DNA from: Macrostomum hystrix
Lineage: Eukaryota > Animalia > Platyhelminthes
Direction of reading: 5' to 3'
DNA length: 64,000 nt
NCBI GenBank assembly: GCA_950097015.1
Contig: CATNEN010000038.1
Span: 186,001 to 250,000, forward strand
Shown here: positions 26,614-39,053 of the stretch, piece by piece
How the letters are laid out: each line of letters begins with the position of its first letter
How positions within the stretch are numbered: the stretch's first letter is position 1
Program-made: the position numbers and the translations under genes
The notes under the pieces: model-generated
The model's database searches: none
What the model was told of the DNA's origin: nothing
Seen by the model: only the letters and a program-made list of their open reading frames with translations

Positions 26614-26897
26614 AGCGGCGCCAAAGTCCATCCCGGCAGCCCCAGGTGACCGGCACACCTACAGCAGCCTGGAGGAAATTCACGTATTCGTTGCCGCCAA
26701 CGTCATTCGCCGACCAATCATTGTCGTAGCCGACGCCTTTGTTAAAGCGGCCGACGGTGGCAACCTGGCGCCGAACCCATTCGCCGGCCTGTACCTGCCG
26801 CTGCTGGAGCGGCCTGAGACCTGCTGCCCCTACCCAGTGCTGCTGGCCTTCCACAGCGCCCACTTCTCGGCCCTGCTGCCAATGGAGGCGACCCCAG
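26614..26897 (+). CDS. OTUD7: OTUD7-like exon 3 (YSSLEEIHVF...GLYLPL...AHFSALLPME)
   Basis: ACGCAG is the nearby acceptor that gives an open phase-2 join; G|GTGACT donor; His box. Missed by the ORF track. Confidence 0.9.
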
Positions 26898-26926
26898 GTG
26901 ACTTAATCTTAGAGCTTCGTTTTTAT

Positions 26927-27061
26927 GACTTGGAGGTCGGGGGTTCGATTCCTGACTTCACCTGCAACCATTTTAGTCCTATAGCAAGATAATTTACTCT
27001 AGCTGGGGTAATTCAGAGTAGGTGTTGCGTCTTCGCAGTCCATGGACTGAACAGCCTTCAG
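26927..27061 (+). mobile_element. SINE family A, internally deleted copy
   Basis: GGTCGGGGGTTCGATTCCTGACT and CAGTCCATGGACTGAACAGCC shared with the 1617-1940 copy. Confidence 0.7.
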
Positions 27062-27358
27062 TGAAACAACCTCGTGAAAGTCCACCAAATGGATTGAAAT
27101 ATTTCGAATCTAAATTGGTTAAAAAATGAAAAAACAGTAACAATTCAATCCAAAATAGTCAACAATGATAGCCGACATGATTGCATTCCTTACACCTGAC
27201 ACCCGACGATAATCGTTGAATATCTCGACGATTCCGATGTTTTGTGGTTCTGGAAGTTGTTTCATCGAATATAGCGGAACATCTCTGGCCGTGTTCTCGA
27301 TTTTCATGCCCATTTGTTGAGTAACTTTCTACTGTAAACAATGTTTGGCCAACTGCAG

Positions 27359-27732
27359 GCGCGGGCTACCTGACCAGCGCCATTCCTCTAGTCTCGCCCA
27401 GCGGTTCCAGCCTAGCCGTGCACTTCGCCCACGACCCCGGCTCCGGCTTCAAATGGAGCCGCGGTGTCGCAGACGCTGCTAGCGCCGCAGTCGACGCCAC
27501 TGTTGACAGCGCAGCGGATTTGCTAGCCGACTACCTGCACTGCTGCCAGCTGCCTGCGCGCGCTGCCTCCGATACCGGCGTCTCCGGGGTGACGCGCCTC
27601 GCACCTGGAAGAGACCAGCCGCCAGCGCATGCGATGGCCACCTTTGCTGGCACCAGCGGTGACTCTAACGGTGGCGGCTGCAGCAACGGTGCGGCCAACG
27701 GCTCAGAATCCGGCGGCGGTGGCGGTCGCAAG
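27359..27732 (+). CDS. OTUD7: OTUD7-like exon 4 (AIPLV...VHFAHDPGSGFKW...LLADYL)
   Basis: TGCAG acceptor, AAG|GTGATC donor; matches IPL......LPLHFAVDPG..W. Confidence 0.88.
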
Positions 27733-27790
27733 GTGATCGAAAAATTACTCTGAAGTGGCTGAGTCTTTTGAAGCGGGTGTTTTTTTGAAA

Positions 27791-28138
27791 CAGGTGTCTC
27801 TTCTGAACCAGGTGTCTCTTCTGAACCAGGTGTCTCTTCTGAACCAGGTGTCTCTTCTGAACCAGGTGTCTCTTCTGAACCAGGTGTCTCTTCTGAACCA
27901 GGTGTCTCTTCTGAACCAGGTGTCTCTTCTGAACCAGGTGTCTCTTCTGAACCAGGTGTCTCTTCTGAACCAGGTGTCTCTTCTGAACCAGGTGTCTCTT
28001 CTGAACCAGGTGTCTCTTCTGAACCAGGTGTCTCTTCTGAACCAGGTGTCTTCTGAACCAGGTGTCTCTTCTGAACCAGGTGTCTCTTCTGAACCAGGTG
28101 TCTCTTCTGAACCAGGTGTCTCTTCTGAACCAGGTGTG
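27791..28138. repeat. 18-bp minisatellite CAGGTGTCTCTTCTGAAC
   Basis: ~19 units in OTUD7 intron 4; one unit is 2 nt short. Confidence 0.96.
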
Positions 28139-28225
28139 TCTTTGGGTCCTCTAAAAGACTCCGGTGAACTAAAAAGCGAACTCAATGTGCAACTGCCTGC
28201 CCAAACCGCTGAAACCTTTCGCCAG

Positions 28226-28562
28226 GTGGAGACAATCTCCCGCAGCTTCGGGCGTCAAGTTCGGCATGCGTTGCAGCTGCGGCGGGGACAATCGTTTAAC
28301 AGTTCTGGGGCAGTCAACCAACAGCATTTGCAGCACTCACACAGCCTGTCACAGCAGCAGCAGCAGCAGCAGCCAAAAGTTAGCGAAGAAGACAAAAACG
28401 ACGCATGTGCCGAAGCCCTGTTGAATTCTTCTCCTAGAAGAAGTGACATTGCTGCCGGCACCAGCGGTGAACTCATTCTGTGTGCTCGAATCGGTTTGGT
28501 GGCAAGGCCGCCTAATTTTACCGAAGTTGTCACTGGCTACCTTGTGCGAGCCAGAGCTAGGT

Positions 28563-28602
<40 letters not shown>

Positions 28603-28687
28603 TGAGCAGCCCAACTTGGCCGCCGATTCACAGGATCAAACTTTAGCGCCAATTGAAGCTGCTGACGGGGAGCAAAGTGCACTTTAG
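28226..28687 (+). CDS. OTUD7: OTUD7-like terminal exon (VETISRSFGRQV...EVVTGYLVRARARY...stop)
   Basis: CCAG acceptor, phase 0; resembles the OTUD7 EEMIQRYL.DAEERF region; two polyQ tracts; TAG at 28685-28687. Confidence 0.8.
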
Positions 28688-29699
28688 TGACACCTGTTAG
28701 AATTAGCTGAGAAATAGTTTTCTTATTTTTGTTAAATAGTAATACGTCAGCGTTATTTAGATGCAAATTATTTTTTGTGTAGCAATCTTATATACTGATG
28801 CTTTTATGGACTAGTAATGTTTCACTGTAATTAAAGAAACGATATTCAATTACAATTGTGATCTTTTATAGATTAATATTTTAAACTGGCACTATTCCTC
28901 AGTTAGAAGTCTCCTATTTTTTTCTTGCTACAATATAAAGAGTAGACTCGTTGGCTTTCTAGCTGCGTAGCTAATTAGAAGCGTAGCTGTAGTTTTATGC
29001 ACTACTTATGCAGCTGATCGTCGTCAGTAGTGTGATGCGCAACATTAACCAATTTTCTTCAAGTTCGAAGAAGGACGTTTATTCCTTTTTTGTAAGTCAC
29101 ATTTCGCCTATGGATTAAATTTCGCGCTCGATTGATTTTTCGTGTCACTACTGTCAGTAGGACTGTTTGCATCTGCGCTGATTCAGGAGCAGAGAAACAC
29201 TGATCGATTTTGTAATTTACTTTTTTCTCGTGTAGACAGACTGCGATATTTCCTAAATAAATTTCTTCCTATTTAAATCCTTCTCATCACCGAGTCTTCA
29301 ATGCAAGGTGTTTTGCGGAAACTGGCGTTTTTGCTCCATTTATGATTAAAGATTTCGTCATCAAACTGTGCATCTGTGTACTTTTTTCATAGACATGTGC
29401 GGCGTCAACCATTCCGTATTTTCTTAGTAGTGAGCATTCATTTAGTAAGAAAAATTTAAAATTATTTTGTATATGATGTGCTATGTGCGCTGGAAGGCAC
29501 ACTAGCGACAGTTTTTTACACAGGCAAGTGCGGTATGGTTTTTTGGCTACCTGTCGCATTTGCAAACTAAATTTTCTGTTAAATTAGGTTGACTACATTA
29601 ATTTTGTCTTTTTAGTAGCTCAACTGCTTTCGTTACCTCGTCTGACGGTAACAATGAGCAGCCTAAATATTTTATACCACTCAAAAATTACAAGCAATA

Positions 29700-30217
29700 A
29701 CCAACGTGCAGTGCTTCCTCTAGCCAGGTGTACATTCCTGCCCCAGATAAATTAATAATATTTTCTCCTCGATAAGCAATGTACACTACTTCCTCTAGCC
29801 AGGTGTACATTCCTACCCCAGATAAATTAATAATATTTTCTCCTCGATAAGCAATGTACACTACTTCCTCTAGCCCGGTGTACATTCCTGCCCCAGATAA
29901 ATTCATCTCTTCCCCCGATAAGCAATGTACACTACTTCCCCTAGCCCGGTGTACATTCCTGCCCCAGATAAATTCATCTCTCCCCCCCCCCGATAAGCAA
30001 TGTGCACTACTTCCTCTAGCCCGGTGTACATTCCTGCCCCAGATAAATTCATCTCTTCCCCCGATAAGCAATGTACACTACTTCCCCTAGCCCGGTGTAC
30101 ATTCCTGCCCCAGATAAATTCATCTCTCCCCCCCGATAAGCAATGTGCACTACTTCCCCTAGCCCGGTGCACATTCCTGCCCGAGATAAATTCAACTCTT
30201 CCCCCGATAAGCAATGT
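29700..30217. repeat. ~71-bp tandem repeat (GATAAGCAATGTACAC...CCTGCCCCAGATAAATTCATC)
   Basis: ~7 units, intergenic; related to 39054-39690. Confidence 0.93.
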
Positions 30218-31114
30218 AATATAATGTGCAATGTAAAATAAAAATAGCTTGTCTCACCTAAGCGATTTTTGGCTATAAGCAATTAATAACTATAGATTTT
30301 TACCTTTCAAAGTAAAAAGCTGATCTTTCTAATCTGAAGTTCAATAGTTTACAGATCAGAACACGATTATCCCGCTTTACAGTAAAACCTTTTTTATTCC
30401 ACGCTGTATTCCTCCTGAAGCGAATTTTGTTATTAAACTAAATATACTGACCAGTTAAAAGAAAATTAAGAAACTATAGAATTTTCATTCTCAGCGATTT
30501 TTCAGGCAAAAATTAATTTTATATCGCAGAATTATCTCGCCCACTCTCATCACTTAGCAATATGCCAAACAATCTTCATTTTGTCGGCTCTTTCTTGTCG
30601 CAAAAAGACAAACTTTTTAGTCGAATTTCTCCAGTAAAAACACACGGAAATATTTAAATTTATATTTAGCTTAGCAACATTACTAATACATACTATATAC
30701 ATTCTAGATAGCTAAATAGGAGGCAACATGAAACTCCAGGTGAGACATGACATTCAGCGAACTGCAGCGCTGAGTCAGAAAATCTATTATTCAAATAAAG
30801 CTTTAACCTAGACAGGCACAGCCGTGAATAAGCAGAAACAATAGAGCTATATTGCTAGTGCTTTGTATAGACATTTCCGAAAAATAATCATTTCATTAAT
30901 TGCTTTTAGCCGGTAAAATATAAACGTTTATTAATAGTAAAAGTTAAGTTATTATTGCGTATTGCGTTTATGCTTTGTGTTTAAATTGCTGATTCTAATA
31001 AATGACAGCGGAGAGATGCAATTTAACGCAAACTCAAGCCAATTTGGTTATAAAAAAGGCACAGAATCAATTTATAATGTTGAAAAAATTAAATCGACAC
31101 CGAGAGAGACAGTA

Positions 31115-31940
31115 GGCCGTATGAATAAAGTGAGCAATTGCTCATGAGTATATGCTCCTACTCTGAGCAAGTGCTCACTTTTCGTATGAATAATTTATCT
31201 CAAACTTCGAGCAAGTTCCCAGCCACCAGTTGAGCAGCAATTGTTCAGCGAATTTGTACCATAGACGAAATTGTGATCAAAATCACTTCCCTCTTCTTTG
31301 CTGTTTAATGGAACGAACGAGGCTCGCCTCGCAAGCAAGATTTGCTACGTGGTATGAAAAATTTGTCGACTCAAGACGAAGACGATGAGATTTTCGTTCG
31401 CTGCGTGATGCTGAATAGGCGCTGAGCACGCCGCCGACTTGACTCAAGAAAACGCGAGCAAATGCTTCAGACATTTGTCTATGGCCAGAGTTTATTCTTG
31501 CTGAAGCGAGTCTCTACTCAGTCACAGAGCAATTGCTCGAGGGGTGAACACTAACTCTTGAGACAATCATGCTGAGCATTGACATATAACCAAGTGTGCG
31601 TAAACGTCTCAAGCTCGTGTATAGTTTATGGCCCAAAGGCCATCAAAGAAATAGATTAAAGTGTGCAGTAAATTCCGCAACTGTGCGATAAATGACATGA
31701 CATGAAATCAACCGCCATCCCTCTTCTGAGCTACTATGCAGTAAATCCCAGACGGGTATTGTCTATGGGCCGAAGGAGCTGGTCTTGCGCACACACACTT
31801 GGTCATAAATCAATGCACTTATGCTAGGCTTCCTAGTGCGTAAATCTACCATTTGCTCACCAGCAAGACTCACTTTATTCATTCTGAATTGAGAATCTCG
31901 TAGTAGACTTTGAGCAATTGCTCACTTTATTCATACGGCC
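31115..31940. mobile_element. MITE with perfect 30-bp TIRs
   Basis: GGCCGTATGAATAAAGTGAGCAATTGCTCA at 31115-31144 and its exact reverse complement at 31911-31940; TA on both flanks. Confidence 0.88.
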
Positions 31941-32323
31941 TAATGGGAATGCAGATTATTAACACTATCGTTCAAGGCTATACTAGCAAAATATCATGTA
32001 ACTACTCACGCAAGTATAAGCGCACTAGAGAATTTAGAAAAATGTGTCTGACAATTTTCACTTGATGTTTCTTTTTTCAACTAGGCCGCAAACTCACTTT
32101 TAATTGGCATCAGTTAGTTTCTTTAAAGTGAAACAAAAATATCTCAAATATTTATAGATTTTGCACAACAACAAATCGTACATACTACTTAACTACTTGT
32201 CAGCAGTAGTATTGTATGCAAATAGTTACACTGAGCTATTGGAGATCACAAGAATTGATGCTGAAGAGATCACTCAGGTGATTAGGCTGAAAAATATTTC
32301 TTTAGTTAAAATGTCTGCTTTTA

Positions 32324-32440
32324 TTAGGATCTTGGAGACAGTTGTGCTTGAGTCAATTCCTCCATGCCAACAACAGTTTTGGCTACTCGCTGCAGGCCTC
32401 TGGCACCGGACATCAGGTCCGTCACCAGGAACGACTGTGA
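32324..32440 (-). CDS. LRCH: LRCH terminal exon (SQSFLVTDLMSGARGLQRVAKTV...stop)
   Basis: TCCAG acceptor in phase 0; completes the CH C-terminal helix (F...DL......RV..T); the TAA stop overlaps an AATAAA. Confidence 0.78.
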   Translation of the reverse strand, partial: SQSFLVTDLMSGARGLQRVAKTVVGMEELTQAQLSPRS

Positions 32441-32864
32441 CTGGATTGCACAGAACGATGGGGTGTCAGGCTATGCATTTTGGCTATCTACGTTGATACA
32501 CATGTATTCTGGTTCATATTACAATGCCTTACAAAACTTTGGTTCTTAGAAACTGAGCTCAAATATGCGGTTTCTTGGAAACGTTAGTTTTTAAGATTCC
32601 AATTCATGGGAAACACTAGCTTGATGCAAATCCTTCATTTTCTGTTCCTGGAAAAGCAGTTTTCCTGGTCAAAAATTAAACCTGTAAAATATTTCTGAAA
32701 AACGTTTCTTAGAAATCTGTCCTTACTTAGAATTCAGATTCTTTTACTTCTAACAAGATTCACTAAAAGTCTGTTTCTTAAAAATCTTAGTTTTTCTATC
32801 CCCTGAAGTACAAAAAAGTCTTAAGCCCCTTAAGCCCCATTGAGCCCCTTAAGAACAATATAGC

Positions 32865-35699
32865 AATCTACCAGCTACTCAATCACAATGTACCAGCTAC
32901 TCAATAACAATCTACCAGCTACTCAATCACAATGTACCAGCTACTCAGACACAATCTACCAGCTACTCAATCACAATCTACCAGCTACTCAATCACAATC
33001 TACCAGCTACTCAATCACAATCTACCAGCTACTCAAACACAATCTACCAGCTACTCAAACACAATCTACCAGCTACTCAAACACAATCTACCAGCTACTC
33101 AAACACAATCTACCAGCTACTCAGACACAATCTACCAGCTACTCAAACACAATGTACCAGCTACTCAGACACAATCTACCAGCTACTCAATCACAATCTA
33201 CCAGCTACTCAATCACAATCTACCAGCTACTCAATCACAATCTACCAGCTACTCAAACACAATCTACCAGCTACTCAAACACAATCTACCAGCTACTCAA
33301 ACACAATCTACCAGCTACTCAAACACAATCTACCAGCTACTCAAACACAATCTACCAGCTACTCAGACACAATCTACCAGCTACTCCAACACAATGTACC
33401 AGCTACTCAGACACAATCTACCAGCTACTCAATCACAATCTACCAGCTACTCAATCACAATCTACCAGCTACTCAATCACAATCTACCAGCTACTCAATC
33501 ACAATCTACCAGCTACTCAATCACAATCTACCAGCTACTCAAACACAATGTACCAGCTACTCAAACACAATCTACCAGCTACTCAATCACAATCTACCAG
33601 CTACTCAAACACAATCTACCAGCTACTCAAACACAATGTACCAGCTACTCAGACACAATCTACCAGCTACTCAATCACAATCTACCAGCTACTCAAACAC
33701 AATCTACCAGCTAATCAAACACAATGTACCAGCTACTCAGACACAATCTACCAGCTACTCAAACACAATGTACCAGCTACTCAGACACAATCTACCAGCT
33801 ACTCAATCACAATCTACCAGCTACTCAATCACAATCTACCAGCTACTCAAACACAATCTACCAGCTACTCAAACACAATCTACCAGCTACTCAAACACAA
33901 TCTACCAGCTACTCAAACACAATCTACCAGCTACTCAGACACAATCTACCAGCTACTCCAACACAATGTACCAGCTACTCAGACACAATGTACCAGCTAC
34001 TCAAACACAATCTACCAGCTACTCAATCACAATCTACCAGCTACTCAATCACAATCTACCAGCTACTCAATCACAATCTACCAGCTACTCAAACACAATC
34101 TACCAGCTACTCAAACACAATCTACCAGCTACTCAAACACAATCTACCAGCTACTCAAACACAATCTACCAGCTACTCAAACACAATCTACCAGCTACTC
34201 AGACACAATCTACCAGCTACTCCAACACAATGTACCAGCTACTCAGACACAATCTACCAGCTACTCAGACACAATCTACCAGCTACTCAGACACAATCTA
34301 CCAGCTACTCAGACACAATCTACCAGCTACTCAAACACAATGTACCAGCTACTCAGACACAATCTACCAGCTACTCAATCACAATCTACCAGCTACTCAA
34401 ACACAATCTACCAGCTACTCAAACACAATCTACCAGCTACTCAGACACAATCTACCAGCTACTCCAACACAATGTACCAGCTACTCAGACACAATCTACC
34501 AGCTACTCAATCACAATCTACCAGCTACTCAATCACAATCTACCAGCTACTCAATCACAATCTACCAGCTACTCAATCACAATCTACCAGCTACTCAATC
34601 ACAATCTACCAGCTACTCAAACACAATGTACCAGCTACTCAAACACAATCTACCAGCTACTCAATCACAATCTACCAGCTACTCAAACACAATCTACCAG
34701 CTACTCAAACACAATGTACCAGCTACTCAGACACAATCTACCAGCTACTCAATCACAATCTACCAGCTACTCAAACACAATCTACCAGCTAATCAAACAC
34801 AATGTACCAGCTACTCAGACACAATCTACCAGCTACTCAAACACAATGTACCAGCTACTCAGACACAATCTACCAGCTACTCAATCACAATCTACCAGCT
34901 ACTCAATCACAATCTACCAGCTACTCAAACACAATCTACCAGCTACTCAAACACAATCTACCAGCTACTCAAACACAATCTACCAGCTACTCAAACACAA
35001 TCTACCAGCTACTCAGACACAATCTACCAGCTACTCCAACACAATGTACCAGCTACTCAGACACAATGTACCAGCTACTCAAACACAATCTACCAGCTAC
35101 TCAATCACAATCTACCAGCTACTCAATCACAATCTACCAGCTACTCAATCACAATCTACCAGCTACTCAAACACAATCTACCAGCTACTCAAACACAATC
35201 TACCAGCTACTCAAACACAATCTACCAGCTACTCAAACACAATCTACCAGCTACTCAAACACAATCTACCAGCTACTCAAACACAATCTACCAGCTACTC
35301 CAACACAATGTACCAGCTACTCAGACACAATCTACCAGCTACTCAGACACAATCTACCAGCTACTCAGACACAATCTACCAGCTACTCAGACACAATCTA
35401 CCAGCTACTCAAACACAATGTACCAGCTACTCAGACACAATCTACCAGCTACTCAATCACAATCTACCAGCTACTCAATCACAATCTACCAGCTACTCAA
35501 TCACAATCTACCAGCTACTCAATCACAATCTACCAGCTACTCAAACACAATGTACCAGCTACTCAAACACAATCTACCAGCTACTCAATCACAATCTACC
35601 AGCTAATCAAACACAATCTACCAGCTACTCAATCACAATCTAACAGCTACTCAATCACAATCTACCAGCTACTCCAACACAATCTACCGGCTACTCCAA
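32865..35699. repeat. 22-bp satellite ACAATCTACCAGCTACTCAAAC with higher-order duplication
   Basis: ~128 units in the last LRCH intron; source of the spurious 260-656 aa ORFs. Confidence 0.97.
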
Positions 35700-35749
35700 C
35701 CCTACCAACCAGCCACTCTACCCTAATCTGCCCGCCAACTGTGGCTCAC

Positions 35750-36018
35750 CCCGGGCAGTCCGATGCGCCGGCACAGGGCAAGGAAGTTTTCGATGTTTCG
35801 CCGACTCTTCGGCAGAGGCAGCTCGGCGACGCCCTGAGGCGGCACGTGCACCCGCGGTATGCTGCCCGGCGCCATCTGATTTGCCAGGCAGCACAGCAGG
35901 ACGCCGTCGCGCAGGGCGTCAGTGAGGCCGTCTGGCGTGTCCGGCAGGGCCAGGCTGAGCCGACGCTCCAGGATGGCCTTCATCTGACCAATCAGCTGCG
36001 TGTCCACTGCGGCTGACG
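35750..36018 (-). CDS. LRCH: LRCH exon 6, calponin-homology domain
   Basis: ALRDGVLLCCLAN...IPRVHVP...SRRNIENFLALCRRIG; GTGAGC donor. Confidence 0.93.
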
Positions 36019-36067
36019 CTGTCACGAATTAGGAGGCGGGATTTGCTCAGTTAGGTATATACCGTTG

Positions 36068-36200
36068 GTAAATCCCAACGGTAAATCCCAACGGGAATCC
36101 CAACGGGAAATCCCAACGGTAAATCCCAACGGGAATCCCAACGGGAAACCCCAAAGTGAAATCTAATGGGAAATAACATCGGGAAATCCATTGGGAAATA
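36068..36200. repeat. short degenerate 13-14 bp repeat AAATCCCAACGG
   Basis: 6-7 units, decaying. Confidence 0.8.
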
Positions 36201-36576
36201 CCCAAAGGAAATCAAAATGTGAAATAGCAATAAAAAATCCTGGAGTATCCAGACAATTGTTAAGAATCACAACTTGTACCCCTTAGCCACCAGGCAATCT
36301 AGGCTTTGGAAACCTAGTTATCTAGGTTTACAAGGTGATCTTGCGAAATCCCACAGTCTAAACATGAGAAATCATACCATCTAACCCTAACAAGTCTAAA
36401 AAAGTAATCATGGGGAATCCCATGGGGAATCTTAGGAAATCCCTCAATCCAATTTCGAGGATTTCTATAAAGTAATCTTGGAAAATCTTTACTAAGCTGA
36501 CAAATCTTATTGAATGAATGGTATGTAATGGCATTCTAGTAAGCGACAGCTTCCGGTGAGTTAAAAAGCAACTCAC

Positions 36577-37000
36577 ATCCGGCTGGATTCGGCACTGGAG
36601 CCGGGGTCTGCTGCTTCTGCACAGCGCCAATTTGATATGCCGAGGGGAAATGGGACAGCGGGCCAATCCTACTCAATGCCGGCTGCTGCTGCTGTTGCAG
36701 CCTTCCGACAGCCGAAGAAGGTGGGTTAGCAGCGTGCGAACTCAGGGCGGAGGAGAAGCTCAAAGATTTCACAACGCCGACACCGCCGCCGCTGTTGCTA
36801 GGCGTCGAGGTGGAATTGACCGACGAGCCCAGCCTGGATGACTGCAGCTGCAAGCGTTCCACAACTGAGCTGCTGCTGCCTACGAATTGCACCTGGCCGC
36901 GACCCCCGCTGCCCGAGCGATGCCCGAGGCTGGGCTGCTGCTGCTGCTGCTGCTGATTATTGTTGGGACTCAAACTCGAGGAATCTAGCGTAGCCAGGGT
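36577..37000 (-). CDS. LRCH: LRCH exon 5, low-complexity S/Q/G linker
   Basis: TTCTCAG acceptor, T|GTGAGT donor; phases fit both neighbours. Confidence 0.8.
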
Positions 37001-37061
37001 CTGAGAATGCGGAGTATTGAGGGCGGAAAAATAGAAAAAAATATTTCAATAACGCTGCCGT

Positions 37062-37120
<59 letters not shown>
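37062..37120. repeat. (GACA)n microsatellite
   Basis: ~14 units. Confidence 0.95.
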
Positions 37121-37811
37121 TGGAAGACACACAGACATAGCCTGACAGAAACCTCTCATGTTTGAAGCAGCATATAAAGCCATTAAAGGCCATCTCACAG
37201 GCCCACTCAAGCTCCGTAAGATGAGCTCACGGAGGCATAACAAGTTTAGTTAAGCAAGGCTAATCGGGCGGTCGCAGGCTCAACTTACACGCGTAAATAA
37301 TATATCAACTATCCCAGCTGCAGCTGCTCGTATTGCGCAGTGAAGCAGGCTTGTACAATTACCAGCTTAGAAGGAAAAACCCAAGGCCAAGCTCATTTCA
37401 TTAACTGGAAAATGAACTTTGAGTGACGCTTCTGCACTCCGGACTGCTAATAGGGTTAATAAATGAATAGCCAAAGGCCAATAGTTGCATATAACTCAGG
37501 AATACAAGTCTGCGGCGCCAAATTAACTAACTGAGATCGCGTTTTCTTAGCCAAGCAGCAAGCCGGCAGAAAATTAGTTTGACGGCCTCGTGGGAGACGT
37601 CAAATTTGTGGCTGCAACTTATATTGATACACCAGCTACTGCAGTTGTTGCAACTAACTGCCAATAGTAATGCGTACCAGATACTGCGGCTGTACGACCA
37701 AATGGGAAATGTACTTTTGAAACTGGGGTTCTAGCACACTTGCTAACACTGCCGCGACATTACTGATGCAACTGTACGTTTCTTCTCCCTGAACGTCTGT
37801 CTATTCTGCCT

Positions 37812-38534
37812 ACTCTCTTCACTTCTCCCTGACTCTCTCCACTTCTCCCTGACTCTATCTACTTCTCTCTGACTCTCTCCACTTCCCCCTGACTCTCTCC
37901 ACTTCTCCCTGACTCTCTCCACTTCTACCTGACTCTCTCCACTTCTCCCTGACTCTCTCCACTTCTACCTGACTCTCTCCACTTCTCCCTGACTCTCTCC
38001 ACTTCTACCTGACTCTCTCCACTTCTCCCTGACTCTCTCCACTTCTCCCTGACTCTCTCCACTTCTCCCTGACTCTCTCTACTTCTCCCTGACTCTCTCC
38101 ACTTCTCCCTGACTCTCTCCACTTCTCCCTGACTCTCTTCACTTCTCCCTGACTCTCTCCACTTCTCCCTGACTCTCTCCACTTCTCCTTGACTCTCTTC
38201 ACTTCTCCCTGACTCTCTCCACTTCTCCCTGACTCTCTCCACTTCTCCCTGACTCTCTCCACTTCTCCCTGACTCTCTTCACTTCTCCCTGACTCTCTTC
38301 ACTTCTCCCTGACTCTCTCCACTTCTCCCTGACTCTCTCCACTTCTCCTTGACTCTCTTCACTTCTCCCTGACTCTCTCCACTTCTCCCTGACTCTATCT
38401 ACTTCTCCCTGACTCTCTCCACTTCTCCCTGACTCTCTCCACTTCTCCCTGACTCTCTCCACTTCTCCCTGACTCTCTCCACTTCTCCCTGACTCTCTCC
38501 ACTTCTCCCTGACTCTCTCCACTTCTCCCTGACT
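37812..38534. repeat. 20-bp pyrimidine-rich minisatellite ACTTCTCCCTGACTCTCTCC
   Basis: ~36 units. Confidence 0.96.
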
Positions 38535-39053
38535 GTATCAACTTACATCTGATGTCTGCTATAAATTTCTCGCCGGATAAGCAAGAAGCGACAAATAGAA
38601 ATCATTGCAAATCTAATTTAACTTCGGGCTGCATGTTATAAGCGGCCTGTACAATGCCGCTATCGCAACACAACTATAAACAGAAAAATTCTTAAATATC
38701 ATTGACTGTCCATTCTTAAATTAAAACATCAGCCGGATATATTAAACAGTGAATAAGTGCTGCACAGTCTGGATTCAGATAAACTGATAGAGTTTGTGGG
38801 TTTAGCTAAGAATATTTATTAAGCTGAGTAAAATTAGCCTGAGGGCTTCAGTAGAGACGCCTTTAAGTTTGTAGGAAAAAAATGTAAATAATTTCTATAT
38901 GTCTAACCTTAGAATGAAGAATTGTTAACGTACTTAGCTAGGTGATGGAGTATATGAACGAAAAAATGATGAAAATTGTGGAATAAAACTAACTAATCAA
39001 TCTAGCTTATTGCAAACTCCTGCTCCGTGCAATTTTATCTCTATCTTTAACCC

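Larger units (their letters stand above)
23084..28687 (+). other. OTUD7: OTUD7/Cezanne-family (A20-like) OTU deubiquitinase gene, 5 coding exons
   Basis: Exons 23084-23693, 25144-25333, 26614-26897, 27359-27732, 28226-28687 are phase-consistent. Motifs FTFVLPDL, FIEADL, LNWW, PLATSGDGNCLLHA (catalytic Cys), MFGAHDR, YSSLEEIHVF..ANVIRRPIIVVAD, AHFSAL (catalytic His), VHFAHDPG. Confidence 0.93.

Noticed and set aside
32888-36016. Long 260-656 aa ORFs (YQLL.HNLPATQ.QSTSYS repeats)
   Set aside because: Translations of a 22-bp satellite, equivalent in all three frames, antisense within an LRCH intron.
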